Part shown: positions 41,974 to 52,800 of the stretch, piece by piece
Layout of the letters: every line of letters starts with the position of its first letter
How positions within the stretch are numbered: position 1 is the stretch's first letter
Assembly: GCF_003334405.1 (NCBI RefSeq)
Contig: NZ_QOWM01000003.1
Length of the DNA stretch: 64,000 bases
Direction: 5' to 3' (one strand)
Source: Escherichia coli
GTDB taxonomy: Bacteria > Pseudomonadota > Gammaproteobacteria > Enterobacterales > Enterobacteriaceae
Made by a program: the position numbers and the translations under genes
Notes under the pieces: generated by a model
The model's database searches: none
What the model saw: the letters and a program-made list of their open reading frames with translations, nothing else
What the model was told of the DNA's origin: nothing

Positions 41974-42737
41974 GCGAACTGATCGTCAGCCGTCAGCAAC
42001 GAGTATTGTTGCTGACCCTTAACCGTCCCGCCGCACGTAATGCGCTAAATAATGCCCTGCTGATGCAACTGGTAAATGAACTGGAAGCTGCGGCTACCGA
42101 TACCAGCATTTCGGTCTGTGTGATTACCGGTAATGCACGCTTTTTTGCCGCTGGGGCCGATCTCAACGAAATGGCAGAAAAAGATCTCGCGGCCACCTTA
42201 AACGATACACGTCCGCAGCTATGGGCGCGATTGCAGGCCTTTAATAAACCACTTATCGCAGCCGTCAATGGTTACGCGCTTGGGGCGGGTTGCGAACTGG
42301 CATTGTTGTGCGATGTGGTGGTTGCCGGAGAGAACGCGCGTTTTGGGTTGCCGGAAATCACTCTCGGCATCATGCCTGGCGCAGGCGGAACGCAACGTTT
42401 AATCCGTAGTGTCGGTAAATCGTTAGCCAGCAAAATGGTGCTGAGCGGAGAAAGTATCACCGCTCAGCAAGCACAGCAGGCCGGGCTGGTTAGCGACGTC
42501 TTCCCCAGCGATTTAACCCTCGAATACGCCTTACAGCTGGCATCGAAAATGGCACGTCACTCGCCGCTGGCCTTACAAGCGGCAAAGCAAGCGCTGCGCC
42601 AGTCGCAGGAAGTGGCTTTGCAAGCCGGACTTGCCCAGGAGCGACAGTTATTCACCTTGCTGGCGGCAACAGAAGATCGTCATGAAGGCATCTCCGCTTT
42701 CTTACAAAAACGCACGCCCGACTTTAAAGGACGCTAA
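41970..42737 (+). CDS. paaF: 2,3-dehydroadipyl-CoA hydratase
   Basis: 255 aa enoyl-CoA hydratase/crotonase fold. Confidence 0.95.
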   Translation: MSELIVSRQQRVLLLTLNRPAARNALNNALLMQLVNELEAAATDTSISVCVITGNARFFAAGADLNEMAEKDLAATLNDTRPQLWARLQAFNKPLIAAVNGYALGAGCELALLCDVVVAGENARFGLPEITLGIMPGAGGTQRLIRSVGKSLASKMVLSGESITAQQAQQAGLVSDVFPSDLTLEYALQLASKMARHSPLALQAAKQALRQSQEVALQAGLAQERQLFTLLAATEDRHEGISAFLQKRTPDFKGR

Positions 42738-43525
42738 TGATGGAATTCATCCTCAGTCATGTAGAAAAGGGCGTGATGACACTAACGCTCAACCGCCCGG
42801 AACGCCTGAACAGTTTTAATGATGAGATGCACGCACAACTGGCAGAGTGCCTGAAACAGGTCGAGCGCGACGACACTATCCGTTGCCTGTTACTTACAGG
42901 TGCCGGGCGCGGATTTTGTGCTGGTCAGGATCTTAACGATCGTAACGTTGATCCCACAGGCCCCGCACCGGATTTAGGGATGTCAGTTGAACGTTTCTAT
43001 AACCCACTGGTACGTCGCCTGGCAAAACTGCCAAAACCGGTGATCTGTGCAGTCAATGGCGTGGCGGCAGGGGCAGGCGCAACACTGGCACTGGGGGGCG
43101 ACATCGTTATTGCTGCCCGTTCAGCAAAATTCGTCATGGCGTTTAGTAAGTTAGGCTTAATACCCGATTGCGGTGGAACCTGGTTACTGCCACGCGTTGC
43201 CGGACGAGCGCGCGCCATGGGGCTGGCACTGCTGGGGAATCAACTGAGTGCTGAACAGGCGCACGAATGGGGGATGATCTGGCAGGTTGTTGATGATGAA
43301 ACGCTGGCAGATACCGCGCAACAGCTGGCACGGCATCTGGCGACACAACCGACATTTGGTCTTGGACTTATCAAGCAAGCGATAAATAGCGCTGAAACCA
43401 ATACGCTCGATACGCAACTGGATCTGGAACGTGACTATCAGCGACTTGCCGGACGGAGCGCAGATTATCGTGAAGGTGTCAGTGCGTTCCTGGCTAAACG
43501 CTCACCGCAGTTCACGGGGAAATAG
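42737..43525 (+). CDS. paaG: 1,2-epoxyphenylacetyl-CoA isomerase
   Basis: 262 aa crotonase-family. Confidence 0.95.
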   Translation: MMEFILSHVEKGVMTLTLNRPERLNSFNDEMHAQLAECLKQVERDDTIRCLLLTGAGRGFCAGQDLNDRNVDPTGPAPDLGMSVERFYNPLVRRLAKLPKPVICAVNGVAAGAGATLALGGDIVIAARSAKFVMAFSKLGLIPDCGGTWLLPRVAGRARAMGLALLGNQLSAEQAHEWGMIWQVVDDETLADTAQQLARHLATQPTFGLGLIKQAINSAETNTLDTQLDLERDYQRLAGRSADYREGVSAFLAKRSPQFTGK

Positions 43526-43526
43526 C

Positions 43527-44954
43527 ATGATGATAAATGTGCAAACTGTGGCAGTGATTGGGAGCGGCACCATGGGGGCAGGCATTGCTGAAGTTGCTGC
43601 CAGTCATGGACACCAGGTTTTACTGTATGACATTTCTGCTGAAGCGCTGACCCGCGCAATCGACGGGATACACGCGCGGCTAAATTCACGCGTGACGCGG
43701 GGAAAACTGACTGCTGAAACCTGTGAACGCACATTGAAACGCCTGATCCCGGTGACCGATATTCACGCGCTGGCAGCTGCGGACCTGGTCATTGAAGCGG
43801 CGTCTGAACGTCTGGAAGTCAAAAAAGCGCTCTTTGCACAGCTGGCGGAAGTTTGCCCGCCACAAACGCTATTGACCACTAACACTTCGTCAATCTCTAT
43901 AACCGCGATTGCTGCGGAGATAAAAAATCCTGAACGTGTTGCGGGGCTGCATTTTTTTAACCCGGCACCGGTGATGAAGTTGGTGGAGGTGGTCAGTGGG
44001 CTGGCAACGGCGGCGGAAGTTGTTGAGCAGTTGTGTGAACTAACGTTGAGTTGGGGTAAGCAGCCTGTGCGCTGTCATTCGACTCCTGGATTTATCGTTA
44101 ACCGTGTTGCGCGTCCTTATTATTCCGAGGCCTGGCGGGCACTGGAAGAGCAGGTTGCTGCACCAGAAGTGATTGACGCTGCACTTCGCGATGGCGCTGG
44201 TTTCCCGATGGGGCCGCTGGAATTAACCGATCTGATTGGTCAGGACGTCAATTTTGCTGTCACCTGTTCGGTGTTTAACGCTTTCTGGCAGGAGCGTCGT
44301 TTTTTACCTTCGCTGGTGCAACAGGAACTGGTGATTGGTGGACGGTTGGGCAAGAAAAGTGGGCTGGGCGTGTACGACTGGCGCGCGGAACGTGAGGCAG
44401 TTGTTGGCCTGGAAGCGGTAAGCGACAGTTTTAGCCCAATGAAAGTAGAAAAGAAAAGTGACGGTGTCACGGAAATTGACGATGTTTTATTGATTGAGAC
44501 ACAAGGCGAGACGGCACAGGCGCTGGCAATACGACTGGCACGCCCGGTGGTAGTGATCGATAAAATGGCGGGCAAGGTGGTGACCATTGCTGCTGCAGCG
44601 GTGAACCCGGACTCAGCGACCCGCAAGGCCATTTATTACCTGCAACAGCAGGGCAAAACAGTGCTGCAAATTGCAGATTACCCAGGAATGCTGATTTGGC
44701 GAACGGTAGCAATGATCATCAATGAAGCCCTTGATGCGCTTCAAAAAGGCGTGGCCTCTGAACAGGATATCGATACCGCCATGCGTCTTGGGGTGAATTA
44801 TCCATATGGCCCACTTGCCTGGGGAGCGCAACTTGGCTGGCAGCGAATATTAAGGCTCCTTGAAAATCTACAGCATCACTATGGCGAAGAACGCTATCGC
44901 CCATGTTCATTGCTGCGCCAACGGGCGCTTCTGGAGAGCGGTTATGAGTCATAA
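43527..44954 (+). CDS. paaH: 3-hydroxyadipyl-CoA dehydrogenase
   Basis: 475 aa from MMINVQTVAVIGSGTMG (NAD-binding GxGxxG); ORF track starts upstream inside paaG. Confidence 0.9.
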   Translation: MMINVQTVAVIGSGTMGAGIAEVAASHGHQVLLYDISAEALTRAIDGIHARLNSRVTRGKLTAETCERTLKRLIPVTDIHALAAADLVIEAASERLEVKKALFAQLAEVCPPQTLLTTNTSSISITAIAAEIKNPERVAGLHFFNPAPVMKLVEVVSGLATAAEVVEQLCELTLSWGKQPVRCHSTPGFIVNRVARPYYSEAWRALEEQVAAPEVIDAALRDGAGFPMGPLELTDLIGQDVNFAVTCSVFNAFWQERRFLPSLVQQELVIGGRLGKKSGLGVYDWRAEREAVVGLEAVSDSFSPMKVEKKSDGVTEIDDVLLIETQGETAQALAIRLARPVVVIDKMAGKVVTIAAAAVNPDSATRKAIYYLQQQGKTVLQIADYPGMLIWRTVAMIINEALDALQKGVASEQDIDTAMRLGVNYPYGPLAWGAQLGWQRILRLLENLQHHYGEERYRPCSLLRQRALLESGYES

Positions 44955-45366
44955 GGCCTGGCAAAATGCCCATGCAATGTATGAGAACGATGCCTGCGCC
45001 AAAGCGCTTGGCATCGACATTATCTCAATGGATGAAGGCTTTGCTGTAGTGACCATGACCGTCACTGCACAAATGCTTAACGGTCATCAAAGTTGCCACG
45101 GCGGGCAGCTATTTTCACTGGCTGATACTGCCTTTGCCTACGCCTGCAATAGCCAGGGGCTGGCAGCCGTCGCTTCTGCCTGCACGATTGATTTTTTGCG
45201 TCCAGGCTTTGCCGGAGACACCTTAACTGCTACTGCGCAGGTACGTCATCAGGGCAAGCAAACCGGTGTTTACGACATCGAAATTGTTAACCAACAACAA
45301 AAAACGGTTGCGCTGTTTCGCGGTAAATCTCACCGCATCGGCGGCACCATTACAGGAGAAGCCTGA
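44944..45366 (+). CDS. paaI: acyl-CoA thioesterase (hot-dog fold)
   Basis: 140 aa from MSHKAWQ; overlaps paaH end by 11 nt. Confidence 0.9.
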   Translation: MSHKAWQNAHAMYENDACAKALGIDIISMDEGFAVVTMTVTAQMLNGHQSCHGGQLFSLADTAFAYACNSQGLAAVASACTIDFLRPGFAGDTLTATAQVRHQGKQTGVYDIEIVNQQQKTVALFRGKSHRIGGTITGEA

Positions 45367-46571
45367 TGCGTGAAGCCTTTATTTGTGACGGAATTCGTAC
45401 GCCAATTGGTCGCTACGGCGGGGCATTATCAAGTGTTCGGGCTGATGATCTGGCTGCTATCCCTTTGCGGGAACTGCTGGTGCGAAACCCGCGTCTCGAT
45501 GCGGAGTGTATCGATGATGTGATCCTCGGCTGTGCTAATCAGGCGGGAGAAGATAACCGTAACGTAGCCCGGATGGCGACTTTACTGGCGGGGCTGCCGC
45601 AGAGTGTTTCCGGCACAACCATTAACCGCTTGTGTGGTTCCGGGCTGGACGCACTGGGGTTTGCCGCACGGGCGATTAAAGCGGGCGATGGCGATTTGCT
45701 GATCGCCGGTGGCGTGGAGTCAATGTCACGGGCACCGTTTGTTATGGGCAAGGCAGCCAGTGCATTTTCTCGTCAGGCTGAGATGTTCGATACCACTATT
45801 GGCTGGCGATTTGTGAACCCGCTCATGGCTCAGCAATTTGGAACTGACAGCATGCCGGAAACGGCAGAGAATGTAGCTGAACTGTTAAAAATCTCACGAG
45901 AAGATCAAGATAGTTTTGCGCTACGCAGTCAGCAACGTACGGCAAAAGCGCAATCCTCAGGCATTCTGGCTGAGGAGATTGTTCCGGTTGTGTTGAAAAA
46001 CAAGAAAGGTGTTGTAACAGAAATACAACATGATGAGCATCTGCGCCCGGAAACGACGCTGGAACAGTTACGTGGGTTAAAAGCACCATTTCGTGCCAAT
46101 GGGGTGATTACCGCAGGCAATGCTTCCGGGGTGAATGACGGAGCCGCTGCGTTGATTATTGCCAGTGAACAGATGGCAGCAGCGCAAGGACTGACACCGC
46201 GGGCGCGTATCGTAGCCATGGCAACCGCCGGGGTGGAACCGCGCCTGATGGGGCTTGGTCCGGTGCCTGCAACTCGCCGGGTGCTGGAACGCGCAGGGCT
46301 GAGTATTCACGATATGGACGTGATTGAACTGAACGAAGCGTTCGCGGCCCAGGCGTTGGGTGTACTACGCGAATTGGGGCTGCCTGATGATGCCCCACAT
46401 GTTAACCCCAACGGAGGCGCTATCGCCTTAGGCCATCCGTTGGGAATGAGTGGTGCCCGCCTGGCACTGGCTGCCAGCCATGAGCTGCATCGGCGTAACG
46501 GTCGTTACGCATTGTGCACCATGTGCATCGGTGTCGGTCAGGGCATCGCCATGATTCTGGAGCGTGTTTGA
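45366..46571 (+). CDS. paaJ: 3-oxoadipyl-CoA / 3-oxo-5,6-dehydrosuberyl-CoA thiolase
   Basis: 401 aa thiolase with active-site Cys (NRLCGSG). Confidence 0.95.
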   Translation: MREAFICDGIRTPIGRYGGALSSVRADDLAAIPLRELLVRNPRLDAECIDDVILGCANQAGEDNRNVARMATLLAGLPQSVSGTTINRLCGSGLDALGFAARAIKAGDGDLLIAGGVESMSRAPFVMGKAASAFSRQAEMFDTTIGWRFVNPLMAQQFGTDSMPETAENVAELLKISREDQDSFALRSQQRTAKAQSSGILAEEIVPVVLKNKKGVVTEIQHDEHLRPETTLEQLRGLKAPFRANGVITAGNASGVNDGAAALIIASEQMAAAQGLTPRARIVAMATAGVEPRLMGLGPVPATRRVLERAGLSIHDMDVIELNEAFAAQALGVLRELGLPDDAPHVNPNGGAIALGHPLGMSGARLALAASHELHRRNGRYALCTMCIGVGQGIAMILERV

Positions 46572-46597
46572 GCATATCAACCTGCGAGTACCCTACA

Positions 46598-47911
46598 ATG
46601 ATAACCAATACAAAGCTTGACCCGATTGAAACCGCGTCTGTTGATGAGTTACAGGCGTTGCAAACACAGCGTCTGAAATGGACGCTCAAACACGCGTATG
46701 AAAATGTGCCGATGTATCGGCGCAAATTCGACGCAGCAGGCGTACATCCTGATGATTTCAGGGAACTTTCAGACCTGCGTAAATTTCCCTGTACCACCAA
46801 ACAGGATCTGCGCGACAACTATCCCTTTGACACCTTTGCCGTGCCAATGGAACAAGTGGTGCGCATTCATGCTTCTTCGGGAACCACAGGTAAACCGACA
46901 GTTGTCGGCTATACGCAAAACGATATTGATAACTGGGCCAATATTGTAGCGCGTTCTTTGCGTGCGGCAGGGGGCTCGCCCAAAGACAAAATTCATGTTG
47001 CCTATGGTTACGGCCTGTTTACTGGTGGGCTGGGTGCGCACTATGGTGCCGAACGTCTGGGCGCTACGGTGATCCCGATGTCTGGCGGGCAGACGGAAAA
47101 ACAAGCGCAACTGATCCGTGATTTTCAACCAGATATGATCATGGTTACGCCATCTTATTGCCTTAACCTGATTGAAGAGCTGGAGCGGCAGTTGGGCGGT
47201 GATGCCAGCGGTTGCTCGCTGCGGGTTGGAGTATTTGGTGCTGAGCCGTGGACACAGGCCATGCGTAAAGAGATTGAGCGTCGCCTGGGGATCACCGCAC
47301 TGGATATTTATGGCCTGTCAGAAGTGATGGGGCCGGGGGTGGCGATGGAGTGTCTGGAAACTACCGACGGCCCAACCATTTGGGAAGATCATTTCTATCC
47401 TGAAATTGTTAATCCTCATGACGGCACACCGCTTGCCGATGGTGAACATGGCGAACTGTTATTCACCACGCTGACCAAAGAAGCATTGCCGGTCATTCGT
47501 TACCGCACGCGTGATTTAACCCGACTGTTACCAGGAACGGCGCGGACTATGCGCCGCATGGATCGCATCAGCGGACGCAGCGATGACATGTTGATTATTC
47601 GCGGTGTAAATGTCTTTCCGTCACAACTGGAAGAAGAGATTGTCAAATTCGAACATTTATCGCCGCATTACCAACTGGAGGTGAACCGCCGGGGGCATCT
47701 TGATTCACTTTCTGTGAAAGTGGAGTTGAAAGAAAGTAGCCTGACATTGACGCATGAGCAGCGTTGCCAGGTATGCCACCAGCTGCGCCATCGGATTAAG
47801 TCGATGGTGGGGATCTCTACCGATGTGATGATCGTTAACTGTGGCAGTATCCCGCGTTCAGAAGGCAAGGCGTGTCGGGTGTTTGATCTGCGCAATATTG
47901 TTGGTGCCTGA
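46598..47911 (+). CDS. paaK: phenylacetate-CoA ligase
   Basis: 437 aa from MITNTKLDP; adenylate-forming enzyme family. Confidence 0.9.
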   Translation: MITNTKLDPIETASVDELQALQTQRLKWTLKHAYENVPMYRRKFDAAGVHPDDFRELSDLRKFPCTTKQDLRDNYPFDTFAVPMEQVVRIHASSGTTGKPTVVGYTQNDIDNWANIVARSLRAAGGSPKDKIHVAYGYGLFTGGLGAHYGAERLGATVIPMSGGQTEKQAQLIRDFQPDMIMVTPSYCLNLIEELERQLGGDASGCSLRVGVFGAEPWTQAMRKEIERRLGITALDIYGLSEVMGPGVAMECLETTDGPTIWEDHFYPEIVNPHDGTPLADGEHGELLFTTLTKEALPVIRYRTRDLTRLLPGTARTMRRMDRISGRSDDMLIIRGVNVFPSQLEEEIVKFEHLSPHYQLEVNRRGHLDSLSVKVELKESSLTLTHEQRCQVCHQLRHRIKSMVGISTDVMIVNCGSIPRSEGKACRVFDLRNIVGA

Positions 47912-48011
47912 CGTATCGTCTGGCCCTGGTGGGGTAAAGCGCCAGGGCCAGAAGTCGATACGACCTGTGCTATGATTCATAAATCACAACAATAACAACA
48001 GACTGAAGCGA

Positions 48012-48962
48012 ATGAGTAAACTTGATACTTTTATCCAACATGCTGTAAACGCTGTTCCGGTCAGTGGCACATCTTTGATCTCCTCTCTGTATGGTGATTC
48101 GCTTTCCCATCGTGGTGGTGAAATCTGGTTGGGTAGTCTGGCTGCTTTGCTGGAAGGGCTGGGATTTGGTGAGCGTTTCGTGCGCACCGCTTTGTTTCGT
48201 CTTAATAAAGAAGGCTGGCTGGATGTTTCCCGCATCGGGCGACGCAGTTTCTATAGCCTCAGTGATAAAGGCTTGCGCCTGACGCGACGGGCAGAAAGTA
48301 AAATTTATCGCGCAGAGCAACCTGCATGGGATGGTAAATGGCTCCTGTTGCTCTCGGAAGGTTTAGATAAATCAACGCTGGCTGATGTCAAAAAGCAGTT
48401 GATCTGGCAAGGTTTTGGCGCACTGGCACCCAGCCTGATGGCATCGCCGTCGCAAAAACTGGCCGATGTACAGACACTTTTGCATGAAGCGGGTGTGGCG
48501 GATAACGTGATTTGTTTTGAAGCGCAAATACCACTGGCGCTTTCTCGCGCAGCACTGCGTGCCAGAGTAGAAGAGTGCTGGCATTTAACTGAACAAAATG
48601 CCATGTACGAAACCTTTATTCAGTCATTCCGCCCGCTGGTGCCGCTTTTAAAAGAGGCGGCAGACGAGTTAACCCCGGAGCGGGCATTTCATATTCAGCT
48701 TTTACTGATCCATTTTTATCGCCGTGTCGTCCTTAAAGACCCATTGTTGCCGGAGGAGTTGCTTCCGGCACACTGGGCAGGGCATACGGCGCGTCAGCTG
48801 TGTATCAACATTTATCAGCGCGTAGCGCCTGCTGCTTTAGCGTTCGTTAGTGAAAAAGGTGAAACCTCGGTCGGTGAACTGCCTGCGCCGGGAAGCCTGT
48901 ATTTTCAACGTTTTGGCGGCTTGAATATTGAACAGGAGGCGTTATGCCAATTTATCAGATAG
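48012..48962 (+). CDS. paaX: paa operon transcriptional repressor
   Basis: 316 aa; operon position. Confidence 0.9.
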
Positions 48963-49534
48963 ACGGTCTGACTCCGGTTGTGCCAGAAGAGAGTTTTGTC
49001 CATCCGACAGCGGTATTGATCGGCGATGTTATTCTCGGCAAGGGCGTTTACGTTGGGCCAAATGCCAGCCTGCGTGGCGATTTTGGTCGTATCGTGGTGA
49101 AAGATGGCGCGAACATTCAGGATAATTGCGTTATGCACGGTTTTCCCGAGCAGGATACTGTTGTAGGAGAAGATGGACATATTGGTCATAGCGCTATCCT
49201 TCACGGCTGCATTATCCGCCGCAATGCATTAGTGGGAATGAACGCGGTAGTGATGGACGGTGCGGTGATTGGCGAGAACAGCATTGTTGGTGCATCCGCA
49301 TTTGTGAAAGCCAAAGCAGAAATGCCAGCTAATTACCTGATTGTCGGCAGCCCGGCGAAAGCGATTCGTGAACTCAGTGAGCAGGAGTTGGCATGGAAAA
49401 AGCAGGGTACGCATGAGTACCAGGTGCTGGTGACACGCTGTAAGCAGACGTTACATCAAGTCGAGCCATTGCGGGAAATTGAACCTGGCAGGAAACGCCT
49501 GGTATTTGATGAGAATCTGCGACCGAAACAGTAA
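48944..49534 (+). CDS. paaY: hexapeptide-repeat thioesterase PaaY
   Basis: 196 aa with left-handed beta-helix hexapeptide repeats; overlaps paaX by 19 nt. Confidence 0.9.
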
Positions 49535-49567
49535 CAGATGTAAAATTATTTTGTCCCTTTAATTATA

Positions 49568-49604
49568 AAGCAGAGTTATGTTTAAGCTCTGCTTTATTTA
49601 TTTG
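49568..49604 (+). terminator. rho-independent terminator after paaY
   Basis: AAAGCAGAG...CTCTGCTTT stem followed by ATTTATTT. Confidence 0.65.
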
Positions 49605-49864
49605 AGTATTAATTCATACCGTTTTTTCATCATATAATTATTTATAATGAGAATGTGGTTTTAATTTGTAATTTATATTATATACACAATTTATATATTT
49701 TATGGTCTTTTTTTATTCACCTGAATTATAATTGTGAATTATAGGAAAGTATGTTTGATTAGATAATAATCTACTGGCAATATTGGATGTCTTCTATGTT
49801 TTAAATAACTAATTGGTCGGGTTAGTGCATCCGGCTTTCTTTATATTCGCCAGAAGGATTTATT

Positions 49865-52800
49865 ATGCAAAGGAAAACTCTATTGTCGGCCTGTATTGCA
49901 TTAGCTCTGAGTGGTCAGGGTTGGGCGGCAGATATCACAGAGGTAGAAACCACCACAGGTGAAAAGAAAAATACCAATGTGACTTGTCCGGCAGACCCAG
50001 GAAAACTCAGTCCGGAAGAGCTTAAACGCTTACCCTCTGAATGCTCTCCTTTAGTCGAACAAAACCTGATGCCATGGCTTTCCACAGGCGCTGCTGCGTT
50101 AATCACGGCCTTAGCCGTAGTGGAACTAAACGACGATGATGATCATCATCATCGCAACAATTCTCCACTCCCACCGACACCCCCTGATGATGAATCAGAC
50201 GACACTCCAGTTCCCCCAACTCCTGGCGGAGATGAGATAATACCGGACGATCCGGATGATACGCCTACACCTCCCAAACCGGTTTCGTTTAATAATGACG
50301 TTATTCTCGATAAAACAGAAAAAACGTTAACTATTCGCGATTCAGTTTTTACTTATACCGAGAATGCTGACGGGACTATATCTCTGCAAGATAGCAATGG
50401 TCGTAAGGCAACGATTAATCTTTGGCAGATTGATGAAGCGAATAACACTGTTGCCCTTGAAGGGGTGAGCGCAGATGGCGCAACGAAGTGGCAATATAAT
50501 CACAACGGTGAGCTTGTTATTACGGGTGATAATGCCACAGTAAACAACAATGGCAAAACCACCGTTGACGGTAAAGATTCCACCGGTACGGAAATCAACG
50601 GTAATAACGGGAAAGTGATTCAGGACGGCGATCTGGATGTCAGCGGCGGCGGTCACGGTATTGATATCACCGGTGACAGCGCGACGGTGGATAACAAGGG
50701 CACCATGACCGTCACCGATCCGGAGTCCATGGGTATCCAGATCGACGGTGACAAGGCCATCGTCAATAACGAAGGCGAGAGCACCATCACCAACGGTGGC
50801 ACCGGCACCCAGATTAATGGTGATGACGCCACGGCAAACAACAACGGCAAAACCACCGTTGACGGCAAGGATTCCACCGGTACGGAAATCAACGGTAATA
50901 ACGGAAAAGTTATTCAGGACGGCGATCTGGATGTCAGCGGCGGCGGTCACGGTATTGATATCACCGGCGACAGCGCAACGGTGGATAACAAGGGCACCAT
51001 GACCGTCACCGATCCGGAGTCCATCGGTATCCAGATTGACGGCGACCAGGCCATCGTCAATAACGAAGGCGAGAGCACTATCACCAATGGCGGCACCGGC
51101 ACTCAGATCAACGGTAACGACGCCACCGCGAATAACAGTGGAAAAACCACTGTTGATGGAAAAGATTCCACGGGTACCAAAATCGCGGGCAATATCGGCA
51201 TTGTAAATCTGGATGGTAGCCTGACTGTTACAGGCGGTGCGCATGGTGTTGAGAACATTGGTGACAACGGCACGGTTAACAACAAAGGAGATATTGTTGT
51301 TTCCGATACTGGATCGATTGGCGTGCTCATCAACGGTGAGGGGGCAACAGTATCCAATACGGGTGATGTTAACGTTAGCAATGAAGCGACAGGGTTCAGC
51401 ATCACAACCAACAGTGGGAAGGTTTCGCTGGCAGGCAGTATGCAGGTTGGCGATTTCTCGACCGGGGTAGATCTTAATGGCAACAATAACAGCGTGACGC
51501 TGGCGGCAAAAGATCTAAAAGTGGTCGGGCAGAAAGCGACGGGCATAAACGTTTCTGGCGATGCGAATACAGTGAATATCACTGGTAACGTTCTGGTTGA
51601 TAAGGATAAAACCGCAGACAATGCGGCGGAATATTTCTTCGATCCATCCGTGGGTATCAACGTTTACGGCAGTGATAATAACGTGACGCTGGATGGAAAG
51701 TTAACTGTTGTATCAGACAGTGAGGTTACTTCTCGTCAGAGTAATTTATTTGATGGCAGCGCAGAGAAAACGTCAGGTCTGGTTGTGATTGGCGATGGCA
51801 ATACCGTTAATATGAATGGTGGACTTGAACTGATTGGAGAGAAAAACGCGCTTGCAGATGGGTCGCAGGTTACTTCCTTGCGCACAGGATATAGTTATAC
51901 CAGCGTTATTGTCGTTAGTGGTGAGTCGTCGGTATATCTGAATGGAGATACGACAATCAGCGGAGAATTCCCTCTGGGGTTTGCCGGGGTTATTCGGGTA
52001 CAGGATAAAGCTTTGCTGGAAATTGGCAGTGGCGCTACGCTAACAATGCAGGATATTGACAGTTTTGAACATCATGGGACAAGAACCCCAGAACTTACTT
52101 ATGCTGATTCCGGTGCGAAAATTGTTAATAAAGGTACTGTTGAAATTCAGAATTTAGGTTTTGCTTTTGTTACTGGTGAAAATACAACAGGTATAAATAG
52201 TGGCACGATCTCGTTATTACAAAATGGTAAAGATCCGGCACCGTCTCCCATTGTTTTACTGGCTACTAACGGAGGGAGCGCCACTAATGCAGGTACGATC
52301 ACAGGTAAAGTGACGGAACAACATAGCGTATTTAACAAGTATTCAACGGGCACATCGAATTCATTTATTTTTAATAACGATGTCAGTAGCATAACAGGGT
52401 TAGTCGCTCAATCGAATAGCACAATTATCAATACTGACAGCGGCATCATTGATTTGTATGGTCGTGGTAGTGTCGGCATGCTTGCTATAGCAGATTCAAC
52501 AGCAGAAAATCAGGGTAAAATTACACTGGATTCTATGTGGGTAGATGCAAATGACACTACCGCAATGCGAGATATAGCTAGCAACAGCGCCATTGACTTC
52601 GGTACAGGTGTGGGAGTTGGTACTGATAGTTATAGTGGTGCAGGGAAAAATGCAACAGCAATTAACCAATTGGGCGGTGTTATAACTATTTATAACGCCG
52701 GCGCAGGTATGGCGGCCTATGGCGCCAGCAATACAGTTATTAACCAGGGGACGATTAACCTCGAAAAAAATGGTAATTATGACGATAGTCTGGCAGCAAA

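Noticed and set aside
50342-51660. Minus-strand ORFs (300 aa and 185 aa) opposite the ydbA repeat region
   Set aside because: Antisense to a strongly supported autotransporter frame; the repetitive Gly/Asn/Thr codons give stop-free reverse frames by chance.
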